From Lytechinus pictus (taxonomy: Eukaryota), in the NCBI RefSeq assembly GCF_037042905.1, contig NC_087263.1, positions 14,944,001 through 15,008,000 of the forward strand: 64,000 bases of DNA. Reading direction: 5' to 3'. Below are positions 25,505 through 39,900 of the stretch, piece after piece (positions within the stretch are counted from its first letter, which is position 1; each line of letters begins with the position of its first letter). The position numbers and the translations under genes were made by a program. The notes below the pieces were generated by a model, which saw only the letters and a program-made list of their open reading frames with translations, did not search any database and was not told where the DNA came from.

Positions 25505-26205
25505 AAACAGAGATATCGGCAAGCACTTCTCGTACCATTTGCTTTCCAAGAACTTTATCAGCAATGTTAGCTAAAATCTATGGATATATCAGCAAGCACT
25601 TTTAGTACGATCCGATGTACAAGATCTTGATCAGGTAATGTTTAGTCAAACCTATGGGCACACATCCAGATCAAGGAGATATCTCCTTGTCCAGATTAAG
25701 AAATTCAAGCTTGTAGCCGATGTGTCTTTGGTTAACATTAACATAGCTTTCAGCAGGCACTTCTTGAACAATCCACTTTTAATAAACTTAATCAGGTAAT
25801 GTTCATTCACACCTCCGGGTTAAACAAGCCAAGCTTGCAGAATATGCATTTTCAGTCAACATTGACATAGATATCAGCAAGCACTTACAGTACCAATTGA
25901 CTTCCAAGAACAGGTAATGCTTAGTAACACCTACAGGCACATTAAATCCAGATTAAGCAACACAAGCTTGTCGCTAGTGTTTCTTTGGTCAACATTAAAA
26001 TACAGAAACATTTCATACGCATTTGTCCTCTGACAACTTTCCCTGGTTTGATTGGCTGAGTAGCACAAGACTAGTGTCCGACTACTACTATGTTTAAAAA
26101 TGACAACTTGTCAGTGCTGAAAATGAAATACTCCACAGATAATGCTTAGTCAAAGCAACAGGCATACATGTACATCCAGACTAACAATGTGAAGCTTGTA
26201 GTCTG
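25505..26205. repeat. Degenerate tandem repeat
   Basis: Recurrent gatatcagcaagcactt, caggtaatg.ttagt and tccagattaag...caagcttg. Confidence 0.7.
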
Positions 26206-27443
26206 GGTTTAATCCTATTGTAGTACTGCACCGCAAAGCCATCCAATATTTGTACGATTGTATCACAGTTTGTAATGCCTGAACATGCCTGGTACCACTT
26301 CAAAAATGGATTACCAGCTCGAGAAGGCCATCCACTCAGTAGAACTGGATCTGAAACAAATTATTCAAACATCTCAAAAGAGGATAGATACATATAGTCC
26401 GGATTCCGTACAGTTTTAATCACTTTGGCCGTGGGGCACTGGCGATGTATCTTCTGAACAATTGGCAGATGTTTGAGATGCATTTAAAAAAATTACTGCC
26501 CGCAGGTTTTAAGGAAACACTTCTGAGAGTGAAAGTTAATGTCACCGTAGGGAAATCCAGAGCTCTTTAATATTCCACAAGAAAATGCAGGATATTTGAG
26601 AATGAAAATTACTTAAATTGGATGTTGAAACATTTCAGGTAAACCTCTCAAACATTTCCAAGTTTGTCTGAAGTTCTTAAAACTTTGCAACATTGCAAAA
26701 CAAATAGCATCTGGTCAGAGCATGAAATTCAATCAATAAAGAAGTTTGGGAAATGCTCATTCTTTCTCTTTAATAAGAGAAGTCATATTGAATGTCATTT
26801 ATCAATCATTAGACCAATTTAATCAGATCATTCAAGGGAGAAGATTCCATTGCCATTGTCTAGTTTAGCGATAATTAAGATCCTTTCATCGTATAAAACC
26901 ATGTGTGGAATAAACCATGCTCCTCAGTTGCAGGTAGAAGATCGCATCACCAATACAGAAAGTTACCGGTTGATATTCTTCCTATCAATATACACTGGAC
27001 ATAGAGAAATAGCAAGAGAGATCAACAACCACACATCTATTACTATATCTCGTATCATTATCATGCAGGCTATGTAAGGTTTATTTTAATCTGCAATTAT
27101 TTACGCTGGAGTCTTGCAACGATCTCTTTCCGCTGTCCAACCATCAGTGACAGATTTTGTTACAAAGAAATGCAATGAGCTCATCTGAAACTAAAACTTC
27201 TGTCATCGACAATTTGTTGAGAATCACAGAGATATAAGCGCTAATAAAGATGGTTTTAATGTCCATAATTGTTTGTAAATCTGCAATCAAGTGCTGCACT
27301 TGGAATAGTTAAACAATCTCATTTGGCCAAATCATCCATATACTCTTCCCAAACTAATGAGGAATCCATCACTACTGCATACTGGTAAGTAATTCCATCA
27401 CCATAAAATGCACATAAAAGACGCTCGTTGAGACACCAACATT

Positions 27444-27686
27444 AACGAGGCAGGTTGGTTGTCATAACTTCCTAAATCAGTATCACTTTCAGTAGTATCT
27501 TCAAACAATCTCTGTCACTTTTGAAGCAACAGTAAACAAAACTTGGCATAAAAATGAGCTAATGATGAAGCAGGTTGCTTGTCATGATTGTTACTAAATC
27601 AACATCACTTTCAGTATGATTTTAAAACGATATCCGTCTCTTTTGAAGCAACGGTAATCAAAACTCTGCTTCGTAATGAGCTAACG
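27444..27686. repeat. Diverged ~120-bp tandem duplication
   Basis: gcaggttg.ttgtcat...atcactttcagta...ttttgaagcaac.gtaa...aatgagctaa occurs twice. Confidence 0.85.
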
Positions 27687-29591
27687 GTAGCATCCAATAT
27701 TCCGATCATCACAAAATAGGCTGGCAATTGTATAGACATTGTCCGCAATTAAGGCACGTCTGGAGAAACTTCCTCCTCTCTCACTGCCCGGATCGTCGTC
27801 GCTCGCTGGTATATAGAGGCTAAGAATAAAGCACAGCAACAGCTGATCGACGGATGGGCCGTCTGATTGGAGACAATACAGCACAGTCGGCCGGGTCGGT
27901 CGGAAGATGGGTAAAAAGACCAGGCAGACAGTAACCGTCGCCCCCGCTCTCAAGGTACCGGAGAATGCCAATGTTTGCAACGGCTATTCTCCGCCATGAG
28001 ACCTTTTGTGCTGGATGCTAATCACTGTGGAAGCTGTGTGACTTGTTTTATTTTCTTTCATGATCTTTTTGTATATATGCCTATTTACTTATATCGTGAA
28101 AATAGACAATTTCATATAAATATTTAATTTGGAAACACCTTCAAATATTACACACAAATTCAATCTGTATTAAGCCAGTTCTGAGATATCTTGTATTTTC
28201 CCCCCTTCTTTCTTAGCGCTTTAAAACTTTTGTATAAAGCGCTCTATAAATTGTGTATATTATTATTATTGCCCGCTGGAACCAGGTAGTCCTTACATAA
28301 ATCACATGGCAATAACTTCATTCAATTATTGGTTGTTTCAGCCATTGAGACAAATAGCCTACATACATGTAAATGTTACTAAAAACAATATCCACATCAT
28401 GTAATTCCCATGTATAACAAATTCTTGCATCATAAAGTTATTGAAATAACACTTTCAATAGTCAAATAAAAATATTGACTGAAGTCTGAAATACGATAAG
28501 ATTAATACATATGTTAGAAATTACTTATAATGATCATCCCACTAGCTCTCTAAAGGATATGGAAGCCGCTCTGGTTTCTTAAGACTATCAACATCCCCTA
28601 TCAGATGCACACATATTGAACCGATGAAAGATAGATAATACAATTGGGAGCTAAAATAGCCGTTTCCCCTTGCTCATCAATATAATCATATCTATAAATA
28701 TTTCTTTTGAAGGTCCATCTTTTGTGGCTGTCCCTCGGCTGCGAGCCCCTCTCGCAAAATGTCTTGTTATTGCGACGTTTAATCTTCGTGCTGACAAATT
28801 TATTCTGGCATTTCAAGTTTGTTGGAAAAATTTCTGGCGGCGGAAATTAGCCTTTTGTGTGAAGGATATTGCAATGCATTATTGGAGTGTTTTTCATCCT
28901 TTGAATTAGCCATCAAGGCTGTTTTTGTAAAGTAAATTCAGTTTCATAATATGAGAGTCAGAAAATATTAATTTATTCATTTGCACAGTGACACCCTCTT
29001 TTATTCTTCAATGTATAATAATAAGTATGGCTTTTTTCAAATAACATAAATTGTCTGATACTTTCACTGAAACTACAAAAGGGAGTTTACTATACATACT
29101 GTACCAAAAAAAGAGAAGATTTTGCATGCATAACATGTACTTACTTACAATCTACATTAGATAACACAAATCAATTTTTTTTCCGTATCAGTCTACCTTG
29201 TAAGAAATGTATGTGCATTGATTTGTTTGTCTTGTTTTCTTCTTTATTTGATTCTCCTTGCCTTTCCTTTTCTCTGTACAATTTTCTCAAACCCATATAC
29301 CTTATTTTATGAGCCTGGAAATTCACACTCATTTAACATCTTCATAAGATAACATGCATCTCTCTGTCTCTTTCTATCATCACTCTTTCACCCCCCTCCC
29401 TCCCCCTCCCCCCTCCTTGTCTCTCATTTTTTTGGGGGGTAAAATACAAGTAATCCTTTGATAACCCCTCTCTTTCACTTTCATTTTTTCCTTAATATCT
29501 GTGTAGTGTCATTGTTTCATTTCTTCAGACTTATTTTTTTATTCTGATTTTATGAGACAGCAGACAGTCTCCTCCATTTTTCTTTATTTAA

Positions 29592-30175
29592 AGGAGAATG
29601 AAACTCTTGGAGCAAGTTAGCTTTTGTGAAAGCAGAAAAATCAAAGAATAAGATCAACAAAAGTTTGAGTAAAATAGGACTTGCAATAGAAGAGTTATGA
29701 GCATTTGAATGTCGAGATTACTAATGCTATGGAGATCCTCCCATTGGCAATGCGACCAAGATCTATGATGTCACAGATGAACAACTCTCCCCTTTTGGAC
29801 ACTGAAAATATACCCCAAAACATCTCTTTTTGCTCATTCTAATCATATGACAAACGATTCATCAATGATATAATGTTGTGAAACCTCTGTACTTGTCCTC
29901 TCATAAAGAGAACACCTCACCTTGTGATAGACTCTATAAAAGTGAGAATATAAGTGAAATAAGTACTAAAGTAATGAGGGAGTTGTACGTGTGTGACATC
30001 ACAGATCTTGGTCGCATTGCCAATGGGAGGATCTACATGGCATTAGTGATCTCAATATTCAAATGCTCGTAACTTTCTTATTATTCATTCAATCTTCCTC
30101 AAACTTTCAACAATATGTTTCTTTGATTTTTCTCTTTGATATGAATTCAGCTGGTTTCAAGGGTTTCATTCTCCT
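29592..30175. mobile_element. 584-bp Kolobok-like MITE, copy 2
   Basis: Same termini and TTAA flanks. About 10 substitutions and no indels versus copy 1 (manual count). Confidence 0.9.
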
Positions 30176-31406
30176 TTAATCTACTTCACATTCACTCTTT
30201 GTTGCGTTATTCTCAACCTCCTACGTTTCATACCTACAAATTTTCTGAATATGTTGAATTTTCTGCAGGCCCCCCCCCCAATTTTTGTTTTTAAACAAGC
30301 AAAAAGTAAATAAATAAAGAAAAAGAATACAATTGAACATTTACATAATTATCAGACCCTAATAGTTATGGGATATAGCAATGTTCAATATCATAATATC
30401 AAATGATTATCATTAAAACAAAACAAAATCTCAAAATAGGACGTAACTACAATGCAGAAAGAAAAAGAAAGCATATGATATCAAGTAACAACACAATCAA
30501 AATGAATTCTTCATCAGGTATACCAAGGTTCAGATCAGAATGCTTAAGAATTGGTTTGACAATGTTATACAATCTGTAACATTCTCACAGAGTTAAACTC
30601 TATGTAAACCTATCCAGGTTTACATGTATAACGCTCCTGTGGCCTTATCGGCAGACGACAAATTACATCAACAATGGATGTACAAACATAATCAGATCAA
30701 AACCCTTTATTTTACGACAGAATTCATCAGGCGGCGGGAGTTTTTCGTGGACGTTTCCCCGATAATATCAAAACTGAATCAATATAGAGCTCTCCATCCC
30801 ATGCATTCTAAGTCTCTGGAGTCTAAAACCGGCTCCGATGCCTCGATGATGATCAATGGTTTTATTTTTCATGAGGCGGATTGTGCATCATGTTTACATC
30901 ACGATGGGTAGAAAGCGGTGCGAGTCTGTCCGTAGCAGAACATGATGTAGACATCGTTAAGTCCCCTTTGCGTGATGGGGTAGTGCTATTCCAGAGCAAT
31001 AAGGACGTAAAATACTCGGCATGACAAGAGGTTATGAGACTGCAAATGGGTAGGATCAGCAGTAATGCATGTTACAAATCCCCCAGTAATAACTGCATCC
31101 CTGCATGGAAGAAGGGCCTTACTGCGAGAGCCAAATATACATTCTTTAATGGCATGTACGTCCTTATTGCATTCAGCTTGAGAATACCACTCACAAAGCA
31201 CACTCTTAGAGGAGGAAAGGCAATTAAAAAAAATGTTACTCTCTGTGAATACAAACTATTTTCTTGACAGAATGATTTTCATTTTCCCAAAAAAAATATC
31301 CCAGATAATTTACGCACTGAAAATTTTTGAGGGAAAATTAAAGGTTGCCAATTTGCATCCTTCGTCTTAATTGTATGTGTACTATAAAATACCCAAGTTA
31401 ATGTAA

Positions 31407-31541
31407 GGGGAGCACTTCATAAAATAAAAAGCCAGTGATCTTCACTGACTAGTGTTATAAGCTATTATAATCCTTGCATCTGATTGGCTTGGAGCATAGT
31501 CATCTTAAAAATCGCTGGCTTTTTGTTTCATGAAGTACCCC
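31407..31541. mobile_element. Harbinger-like MITE
   Basis: GGGGAGCACTTCATAAA...TTTCATGAAGTACCCC. Its core gttataagcta...tccttgcatctgattggct is the reverse complement of the 43169-43436 copies. Confidence 0.7.
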
Positions 31542-32868
31542 CCCCCCCCCTCGGTGAACTACAATTCAAGTAAAGGGATACAGAACTGAACAATGTTCTA
31601 GCACCAAAGTAGCAATGCTAAAAAAACTCTTGTTTGGCTGGGATCTATTTCAAGATGGAGGTTCATTAGAGTGTAACGACACAAACATGGCCCGCATTTC
31701 ATTGATATTTATATGCCTGTCATGAACGGGATACCCGCTCGTATCCAAGATTTACTGCTAAGTGCATCCCGTTTAGGCAACGGCCTCTACCGAACCTTGG
31801 ACAGTAAAGATACCATCGGTGGCGGGACTAAGTTGATGATAGCCGACTGGCGCTTGGTGGAATCTCTGTCATTTGGACAACCGGAGGCAGGTGCATAATT
31901 CACTATTAACAGCAAGAGAGGTGATCCTCAAATTGGCAATGCCTCCCAAGTTGACCCTTTGAAAACTTAATGGCTGTCACTGGATAGAATGAGTATCTTT
32001 TCACACTAGAGTATCTGGAGGGTATCAATACATTGAAGGCCAACACATTATTCATCACTTGATGGGTAGACATGATCATTAAATCGGCAACGGCTTCTCC
32101 GGTTGCCCTTGGAGACTTCAACAAAATGTTCTTACAAAATTTAACTTGTTTAAGATATAATGATCCTGAACTTTAAATTGGCAACATCTTCTACAATTCC
32201 TCTTTAAGATCTTTATTTGAAGGTCTTTCTGATTTCTATCTACAAGAGATTCTTTACAAAATATTCCATCAAAATTAATTTCTGGGTACAGCATTCAAAC
32301 CAAAATTCTCTCAGAATGCTTTCACACTTGCATGTGCAAAACCCATGATGCTAATACATACTGAGGCAATTCATAGTATATAATTTATAAAAATAATGAT
32401 TAAAAAAAGGAAGACAAAATTTCTTAGCTAATAATGCAACAAAAGTTCTGTTTCTCTTTGCAGCAAATCTAAATGATTATTACCCGTATCATACATCTGA
32501 GCTGGTTATTCATAAAACCGTAATGACCTACATTTTCTGAATACCGGGAAGGGATGGGTATATTGTTTGTATTTTGCTCGGTCTCTACGCGCGTATTGAC
32601 TTAGCATGCAGAGATGACGCAAAATATACCTTTGTATTTTCCGTTCTCACATCCGGGCATTTGAGGGTGCGTAGAAAGAGATACGCTTCATAGTGGTTCG
32701 CGCAGCAACAATATACGTCATAATACAGACAGCGCTGGATATCTGCTATGGATATGCAACCCTGTCCCCTGATAACATATTCTAGAAAGAAAAATCTCAA
32801 TTTTCATGATTTTTACTCTAGATATCTGATTTGGATGATAATATAAATATCGACTGGCTTTTCTTTCG

Positions 32869-32968
32869 GGGGAACATCAAATATATTGCCCTTAAAAGAA
32901 CCATATCGCCCTCGTCTACAGACTCTGGCAAATATAATTCTTTGTGGGCAATATATTTGATGTTCCCC
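32869..32968. repeat. Hairpin with 23-bp perfect arms
   Basis: ggggaacatcaaatatattgccc / gggcaatatatttgatgttcccc. Probably part of a MITE. Confidence 0.85.
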
Positions 32969-33580
32969 TCAAGGCCAGCAAATATTATATAAACATTATA
33001 AGAATAATATTGTAGCAGCCAGGCAAGAGTTATTGTACCATGAGGCTAAGATACATTAAATCTCCGGATAATATAATAAATGTTTCACAATTAAAAACAC
33101 TCTATTACTAGCAACTTGTGGGATGAATTAAATTCATGTACAACCACTCACTATCTGGCAAACATTTGTTCATTTCTACTAGAGTCCGCTCTCTTGCGGA
33201 GAGATCATCTCCCAATAAAAATGCACTCGAGAACCCTCCCGACATTCAAGTACTGTTTGAAGAATCCTCAAATTGGCAATGCTGAGCAGGGACTTCTGGG
33301 ATTGAGACCGCAGGATCCATCTTTTAGAGGGTTAATGAATAATTTTAGTCTGGAGTTATCTGAAGCACCCAGCTGAGGCGAACCGCAAGGTCTGGAGAAG
33401 GGGAATCATTCCTCAAAGTGGGAAGACCTTGTTTGATTGGCCTGTCTCGACAAAAAATAATGCACCATATTTTCCTTGGCAAACTTGAATTAATTTGAAT
33501 GAACTGAAGCATTTTGAAAGGCAAATTATGTTGCACTTTCATTTAAATAAGTCAAAGAAGAATTTAAACAATGAAACTGT

Positions 33581-33747
33581 TAATCGCTAGAGGGTATTCA
33601 TTTGTCTCGCAATCTACTATGGTCAACAAGGAAATTCGTGATCACTCTCGCAAAAAGTGTTCACTAACTTTCTAGGAAATTCGTGATCACAAATTTCCTT
33701 GTTGACCAAAGTAGATTGCGAGACAAATGAATACCCTCTAGCGATTA
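33581..33747. repeat. Near-perfect inverted repeat (~65-bp arms)
   Basis: taatcgctagagggtattcatttgtctcgcaatctact...gtgatcac paired with gtgatcac...agtagattgcgagacaaatgaataccctctagcgatta. Confidence 0.95.
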
Positions 33748-34424
33748 TTGATTATTTCAGTCCGCAATAATGAACCTATTTAGTATTAATGAAACTGTTG
33801 TAAAACATCAATTCAAATTCAGTTTTATCCCGTCTTTTTAAGTGTTATATCTATATCAGTGACAACAATTTAGTTGTGTCCATTAAAAAAAAAAATCTAA
33901 CGTCTACATGTCTCATCATAGATAAGATAACACAAAGCAAAACTTTGGTATGCATTTCTGCAAAGCAAGTGAAAAATTTTGACAAATATTATTGCACACA
34001 TGGGAAGGTGAACTCTGAATGAACTTTACAAAATGTAATATCCCTTCCGGCATTTTGATTTTTCATCAATATCAATATCACGCCACCAGACTAATCTACT
34101 TTTGCATAATACCCACGCTCGATCCCTGTCCGTCTACTAATCAATATACAATTAATAGATGCAGTGATTCGAGTGATAATTCACAGGCTTGCTAATTGCA
34201 TGCCTGAATGCCACAGAATTGTTTACACAGAGTTACCATGGCAATGAGTGACCGTATCCTAGCAACGATAATAGGGGGTTGGTACACTTTGTCAATTTGG
34301 AGTAGTTGGTCATCAATTAAACGCAGAGGATCTCATTAAATGCATGAGTCGAGGGGGAGTAAATAATGAGTAAATTAATAGCCAAAAAATTCAGGATTTC
34401 TGTCGATAGGAGCAACTTCTCGTA

Positions 34425-34853
34425 CACTCTAAAAATTACTGGTATTCGTTCAATATAAGCCTGGGGACCGTTTCATAAAGCTGTTCGTAAGTTAAGAGCA
34501 ACTTTAAGAACGACTGGGGATACTTTTCACGCTCTAAACCATTACCAATGAATCTACCATTTACCGAAAGAAAGGATCACCAGTCATTCTTAAAGTCGCT
34601 CTTAACTTACTAACAGCTTTATGAAACACCCACCAGGTCTCTATATTGAAAAACACAAACAGTGTTGAATTGACGCCAGTTTAGACTAAAAAAGTGCAGT
34701 TTTAACACTGGCTGGTGTTGAAATGCCTTTCTGGTGTTTAGCTTAAAGCCAAACTATGGTGTTTTTCAACACGTTGCTATTGTTGTCTTAACACCTCTGG
34801 TGTTTCACCATAATAGACACTGGACTAGTGTTAACACCCATGTTTTTGCAGTA
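34425..34853. mobile_element. Degenerate CACTA/EnSpm-like non-autonomous element
   Basis: TA|CACTCTAAAAA...TTTTTGCAGTA|TA with many ggtgtt/aacac subrepeats, resembling 39901-40141. Confidence 0.55.
34464..34633. mobile_element. Harbinger-like palindromic MITE nested in a CAC...GTG-type element
   Basis: gtttcataaagctgttcgtaagttaagagc / gctcttaacttactaacagctttatgaaac inverted arms with CTG/CAG flanks. Confidence 0.8.
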
Positions 34854-35509
34854 TATACTTTATTGCAAATCATAGTCTTTTTAGTTTTTATGATCTGGGT
34901 GTGTTACAAGCTACAGTTATAAGCTACTCTTCCTTCAATTTGATTGGCTAAGAGCCATTGAAAATAGAATTCTATATATATCAATATCATTATAAAAAGT
35001 TGTCATACAGTGACTAATACTAATATAATAATAATACTAATAGTATGATTAATTCATTGGAAGTGAAACATGGGTAATATTACTTCAATTGGTTTACTGC
35101 AGTAAGAAGATAAATATTTGACAAGGAGATTTCTTTATTATGCAATAGATTTGTTGAATGAAGGCTTTAATGGATACAATGTTGGTTTTGGGGATCTAAT
35201 GTGTGATCGATCTGTTTGACTTCCTCATGACTGTTCTGCATGTAGATGAAACAAGTTGGTTTAGTTTCTAAAGATAAACATGATCACTGATTTTATACAA
35301 ACTTGCCAGAGTGGTGAGCTCATGAGGTATACATCTCAATGACAATCTCCCTATCCCTTATATTTTAATTACAAATTTATATTGAATTGAATATTTAATC
35401 ATTCATCATCAGTATCATCATCAATTTCAGTTATTAATATTTTCAAAAATTTATTTAGTTATTTATCTATGATTTCATTATCTATCTATATATTCATTTC
35501 CCCATGTAT

Positions 35510-35757
35510 TCATTATAATATGATTATTATTACAATCATCATTATATTATTATTATCATTATTATTATCATTATTATCATTATTATTGCTATTATTAGTT
35601 GTAGTAGTAGTAGTGCTAGTAGTAGTAGTAGTAGTGATAGCAGTAGTATCATTGTTATTCTTATCATTTATCATTATTATTACTGCTACTACAAGTAATA
35701 ATAATGATAAATAAGAATAATAATGATCATCATTATTCTTATTATTTATCATTACTA

Positions 35758-35791
<34 letters not shown>

Positions 35792-35797
35792 CATCAT
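35510..35797. repeat. Compound (TAT)n/(TAG)n/(TAC)n microsatellite
   Basis: Direct reading. Confidence 0.95.
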
Positions 35798-36276
35798 TAA
35801 TGCTCAAGCAGAAATCTGCAGACTTAGACTTAATGGGAATTTGCCATGTATGTTATTCCCAGAGTAATGCTTCATAACCACACAGTGGTTTGGGGCTAAC
35901 AGCTTTTACCCACAATGCTGACTCTTGAGTCTGAATTTGTACAACCACAATCCGATATCCATTAAGTGAGCAAAAAAAGGGGGGCATCTTTCTTTAACGC
36001 CTATTATTTTTTTATTTAATTTAAATGAATATATATGTTTGGTATTGAACATTTCATCCGTGAGTGAGCATAATTTGCCATGGCAAATTCTAACTGAAAT
36101 TTTACTAAGAGACAATTGTTAATTGAGTAGGTAAGTGAAGTATTATTAAGTAGATATAAGAGATGATAGATGAAAAAGAAGGTTCAAACTCATTTCTTCA
36201 TCTTTTTTTTCTGGAATTAGACTTTACAAATTATTAAGAATATGCCTTGTGGGATTGGAAAAATAAATAAAACACT

Positions 36277-36530
36277 GGTGTGTTGGCTCAGTTGGTAGAG
36301 CGTCCGTCTCACAACCGGGAGGTCGGCGGTTCAAACCCCGGCCGCGTCAGACCAAAAGACGTTAAAAGATGGAAGTTGCTGCTACCCTGTTTGGCGTTCA
36401 ACGATTAAAGGGATAGAGCCTTGTCGATCTGGCGCTGCACAGTGGCTGCCGGGCCCACGATCAATTGGGCAAAGCAAATTTTCGGAGTATTTCATTTCAT
36501 GTCTATTTCGAACAATAAAATATGGATTTT
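36277..36530 (+). mobile_element. tRNA-derived SINE (second family)
   Basis: A box TGGCTCAGTTGG and B box GGTTCAAACCC, but a poorly paired acceptor stem. Continues into a non-tRNA body (gtcagaccaaaagacgttaaaa...) ending near aataaa. Confidence 0.8.
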
Positions 36531-36944
36531 GGATGTGTTTGATAGAAATGAAGATTAAACTTTTTTATGAGACCCCATTTCCTATTCTGTCTGTGATTAA
36601 ACTTCGCAAATCATTAAGGATTAAAAAAAAAATGCCTCAACGAACTGGGAATGATTTGTCAATAAAATGACTAGCTTCAGAATTTTTAAAATCACCATCC
36701 TTTTCTTCCCACCTACAGATAATCTCCCCATTCACTTTCGAACTGTCCCAATCTCCATGACTTCCCCCTCTCTGCCGATCTCAAACTTGGTCAAGTAAAT
36801 CCCAAGAAGTTCCTCCGCCATGCTTCACGGACACTAGCCACCCCTAGAGGGCGGTCTTCAAACGGCATGTTTTCATTCCCGCAAAATCTCCCGGGCATCG
36901 CCCACACCTTCCGGTCACTTTTTTTCAGGTGCACGGCCTTGAAC

Positions 36945-37089
36945 TAGTCTACTATATGCAAGCCTTTTACTTGAGTTGAGTGATATGAATGGACAGAAGG
37001 CCCTCTTAACACAGTTTCATAAATGCTAGTCTTGTGTGAAGACCGACTTGTTGATCAAAGTTCCAATCAAGGTCTGCGCCTGTAGACTA
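36945..37089. mobile_element. Short MITE family, diverged copy 3
   Basis: TIR TAGTCTAC/GTAGACTA, core ttgttgatcaaagttccaatcaaggtctg. Flanks gccttgaac/gcccagcac (6/9). Confidence 0.7.
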
Positions 37090-37854
37090 GCCCAGCACAA
37101 CCTGACACCAGCCCTAGTTTCCGAAACCCTGATTAACTTTCGAACGCGAGCGAAAGTTCCGGTTCGCCACAAGTAAGCAAGATAAATCGATTCGGTGGGG
37201 AGGACAAATATTCTAAACCCAAATACGAAAACAGAAATGGCAAGTGGATCATATTTATGTAAAGCAAATGTAAATGGATGTTGTTTTTGGGGAGGTTTCG
37301 CTTACAATCAATATAAATGCAAATTTCGGGATAGGATTGTGTCACTGGGGACGATCCCTCCATCACGGTACATCGTCACCTTCCGTCTATGCCTGTTGTG
37401 GAGCTCGCTAAAGGTTAATTTGTTTTCACGAGTTTGTTGATTTATAGATTTATCTGGCGCGATTCTGATAAAGGTTCGATTTTGTCCTATATTCCGTATC
37501 CACGACCTGAAATTTGAGGGTGTATATTGATTTTAAAAAGGAAACAGTTAGACTTTTACAGCTATCTCGATTCTTTGGGGCATCTAAATGCAATCATCTC
37601 ATTTGTGGAAGTAAGGGAGCTGTACCCAAAAGAGACTTGCCTCAGGGGTGGGGGAGGGGGAGGGAAGGGCTGTGGGGTGGAGAGCAACGGTGCAGGTATG
37701 TGTTTTTTCACCTGGATATTAAAACTGGGGAGCTTTTCTTACAATGGAGTTCTTTAGCTACCTTGGAGAAAAGAAGCGACTATCATTAAAAATCAACAGT
37801 GTAAATTGTCCTGATACAGAATCGATGCCAGACTATTCTTTATTCATTTATTAA

Positions 37855-38326
<472 letters not shown>

Positions 38327-39900
38327 TCATTCATTCATTTGTTTATTTATTTATCTATTTAGTTATTTATTCATTAATTTTTTATTAATTTATTCTCTTT
38401 TTTTCTTAGGAGGGGGGGGGGGGGCTCAGGTGGCATCTCTCCCTCAACAATAAAACAGATGTATTAAATATTTGTATGAGTAAGCCCTCTCTTATCAATA
38501 CACTTTTCTTCCTTCCCTTAATTACCCTCTAGTTTGTGAAAAAAAATTATGAGGGGGGGGGGTACAAAAATGACCCCCCCCCAATGTGGTGCCACTACTA
38601 TATGTAAAAGAAGTCTGTAGCTACAACTAGCACATTTGTAAGAGAGAGAGATGGAGAAGATTCATGTTCACTCCATTTGAAACTCAACCATCTGCTAAAG
38701 TCAAGGCGGTTAAACTAGAAAAACTACCCCCCTATTAAACATTTTGGAAAGATAATGTGATATCGTCCGTCCGACCCGCCCGTGCACCCCATGCATATTC
38801 ATGAAATGTTCTCTTCTTTCGCAATCCACTCCAGAACTATCTCCGTCCCGGTGAATTACCGTGGATCGATGGGTGGAGCTCTTGCATCAACATGGGTTCA
38901 GGAACCTCATCTGTAACAATAAGCCGATTCGGGAAGAGAGAGGGAACATGATTTTCGGAAGTCGGAGTCGGGTTCGGTGGCACGGCATGGGTTTGTGGAG
39001 GTGCGCCTAATTGGAAGTCACTACAGCAGAATCAATCGGTCTGACATCATGTTTCATGTGATGCAATAAAAGGTCAAATTATTTTCCACCTAATGAAAAT
39101 AGAATGATTTTGTGTCTCATTCCTTGAAAGGAATATCAACTAATGCATATAAGTTTGTATTTTTCAAAGATGTCTTAAAAGACTGAACTGATGAATTCTT
39201 CCGATTGAAGGAAATTCTTACACCTCCCCCCCCACAAAAAAAGGTCTGTAAAATGATTAAGAAATCGTTTTACAATCACAACAAAAAAGAGGGAAAAGAC
39301 AACATTTTATAATTCTTGAAATAAAACAACAATGTGTTATTCTAGGGTAGCTGCACAGGAGATCCAATCAAAATAATAATAGCTCCAAACTATAAAGTTT
39401 TTTCTCTCTTTTTTTTGGGGGGGGGGGGGTGTCTGAGACTAGTCAGAATACAAGATGCAATCGGAAATGAGAAATATGAAATATCAGCCTGCCGGAGCGG
39501 CATGCGTGCCCCGAAATAAAACGGGCAATGGCACAAGATTGGCTTTCATTTACCTCGAGCTATCATCATGGCTTAGCGCCTTAGGGTCCGAGGTTAGTGA
39601 TGTCTGGTTTATGTTACCATGGACACGGTTGCTTAGAAACTGGTAGGGGACGTTTTCAGGATAGCAAATTTGTTTGTATTCATTCTGCAATGTCAACTCA
39701 TTCCAATCATGTAAATGTGTAATTCTGTCGATTTAGTTCAATAAAATGTTGTTTTATTTTCTTTAGAAGACGAATACATCACAATTTCAAAAGTAAATCT
39801 AATGAAAAAATTATATTTCTTATAGATCAAAATTACTATAAAGGGCAGAATTTGATGAGAAATTCTGCAAAGAATATGAAAGATATATAGCAAATATGTA

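Noticed and set aside
36277..36349. tRNA gene (CAC anticodon-like loop)
   Set aside because: The acceptor stem pairs poorly, there is no adjacent T-run terminator and it continues into a SINE body, so it is treated as a SINE head.
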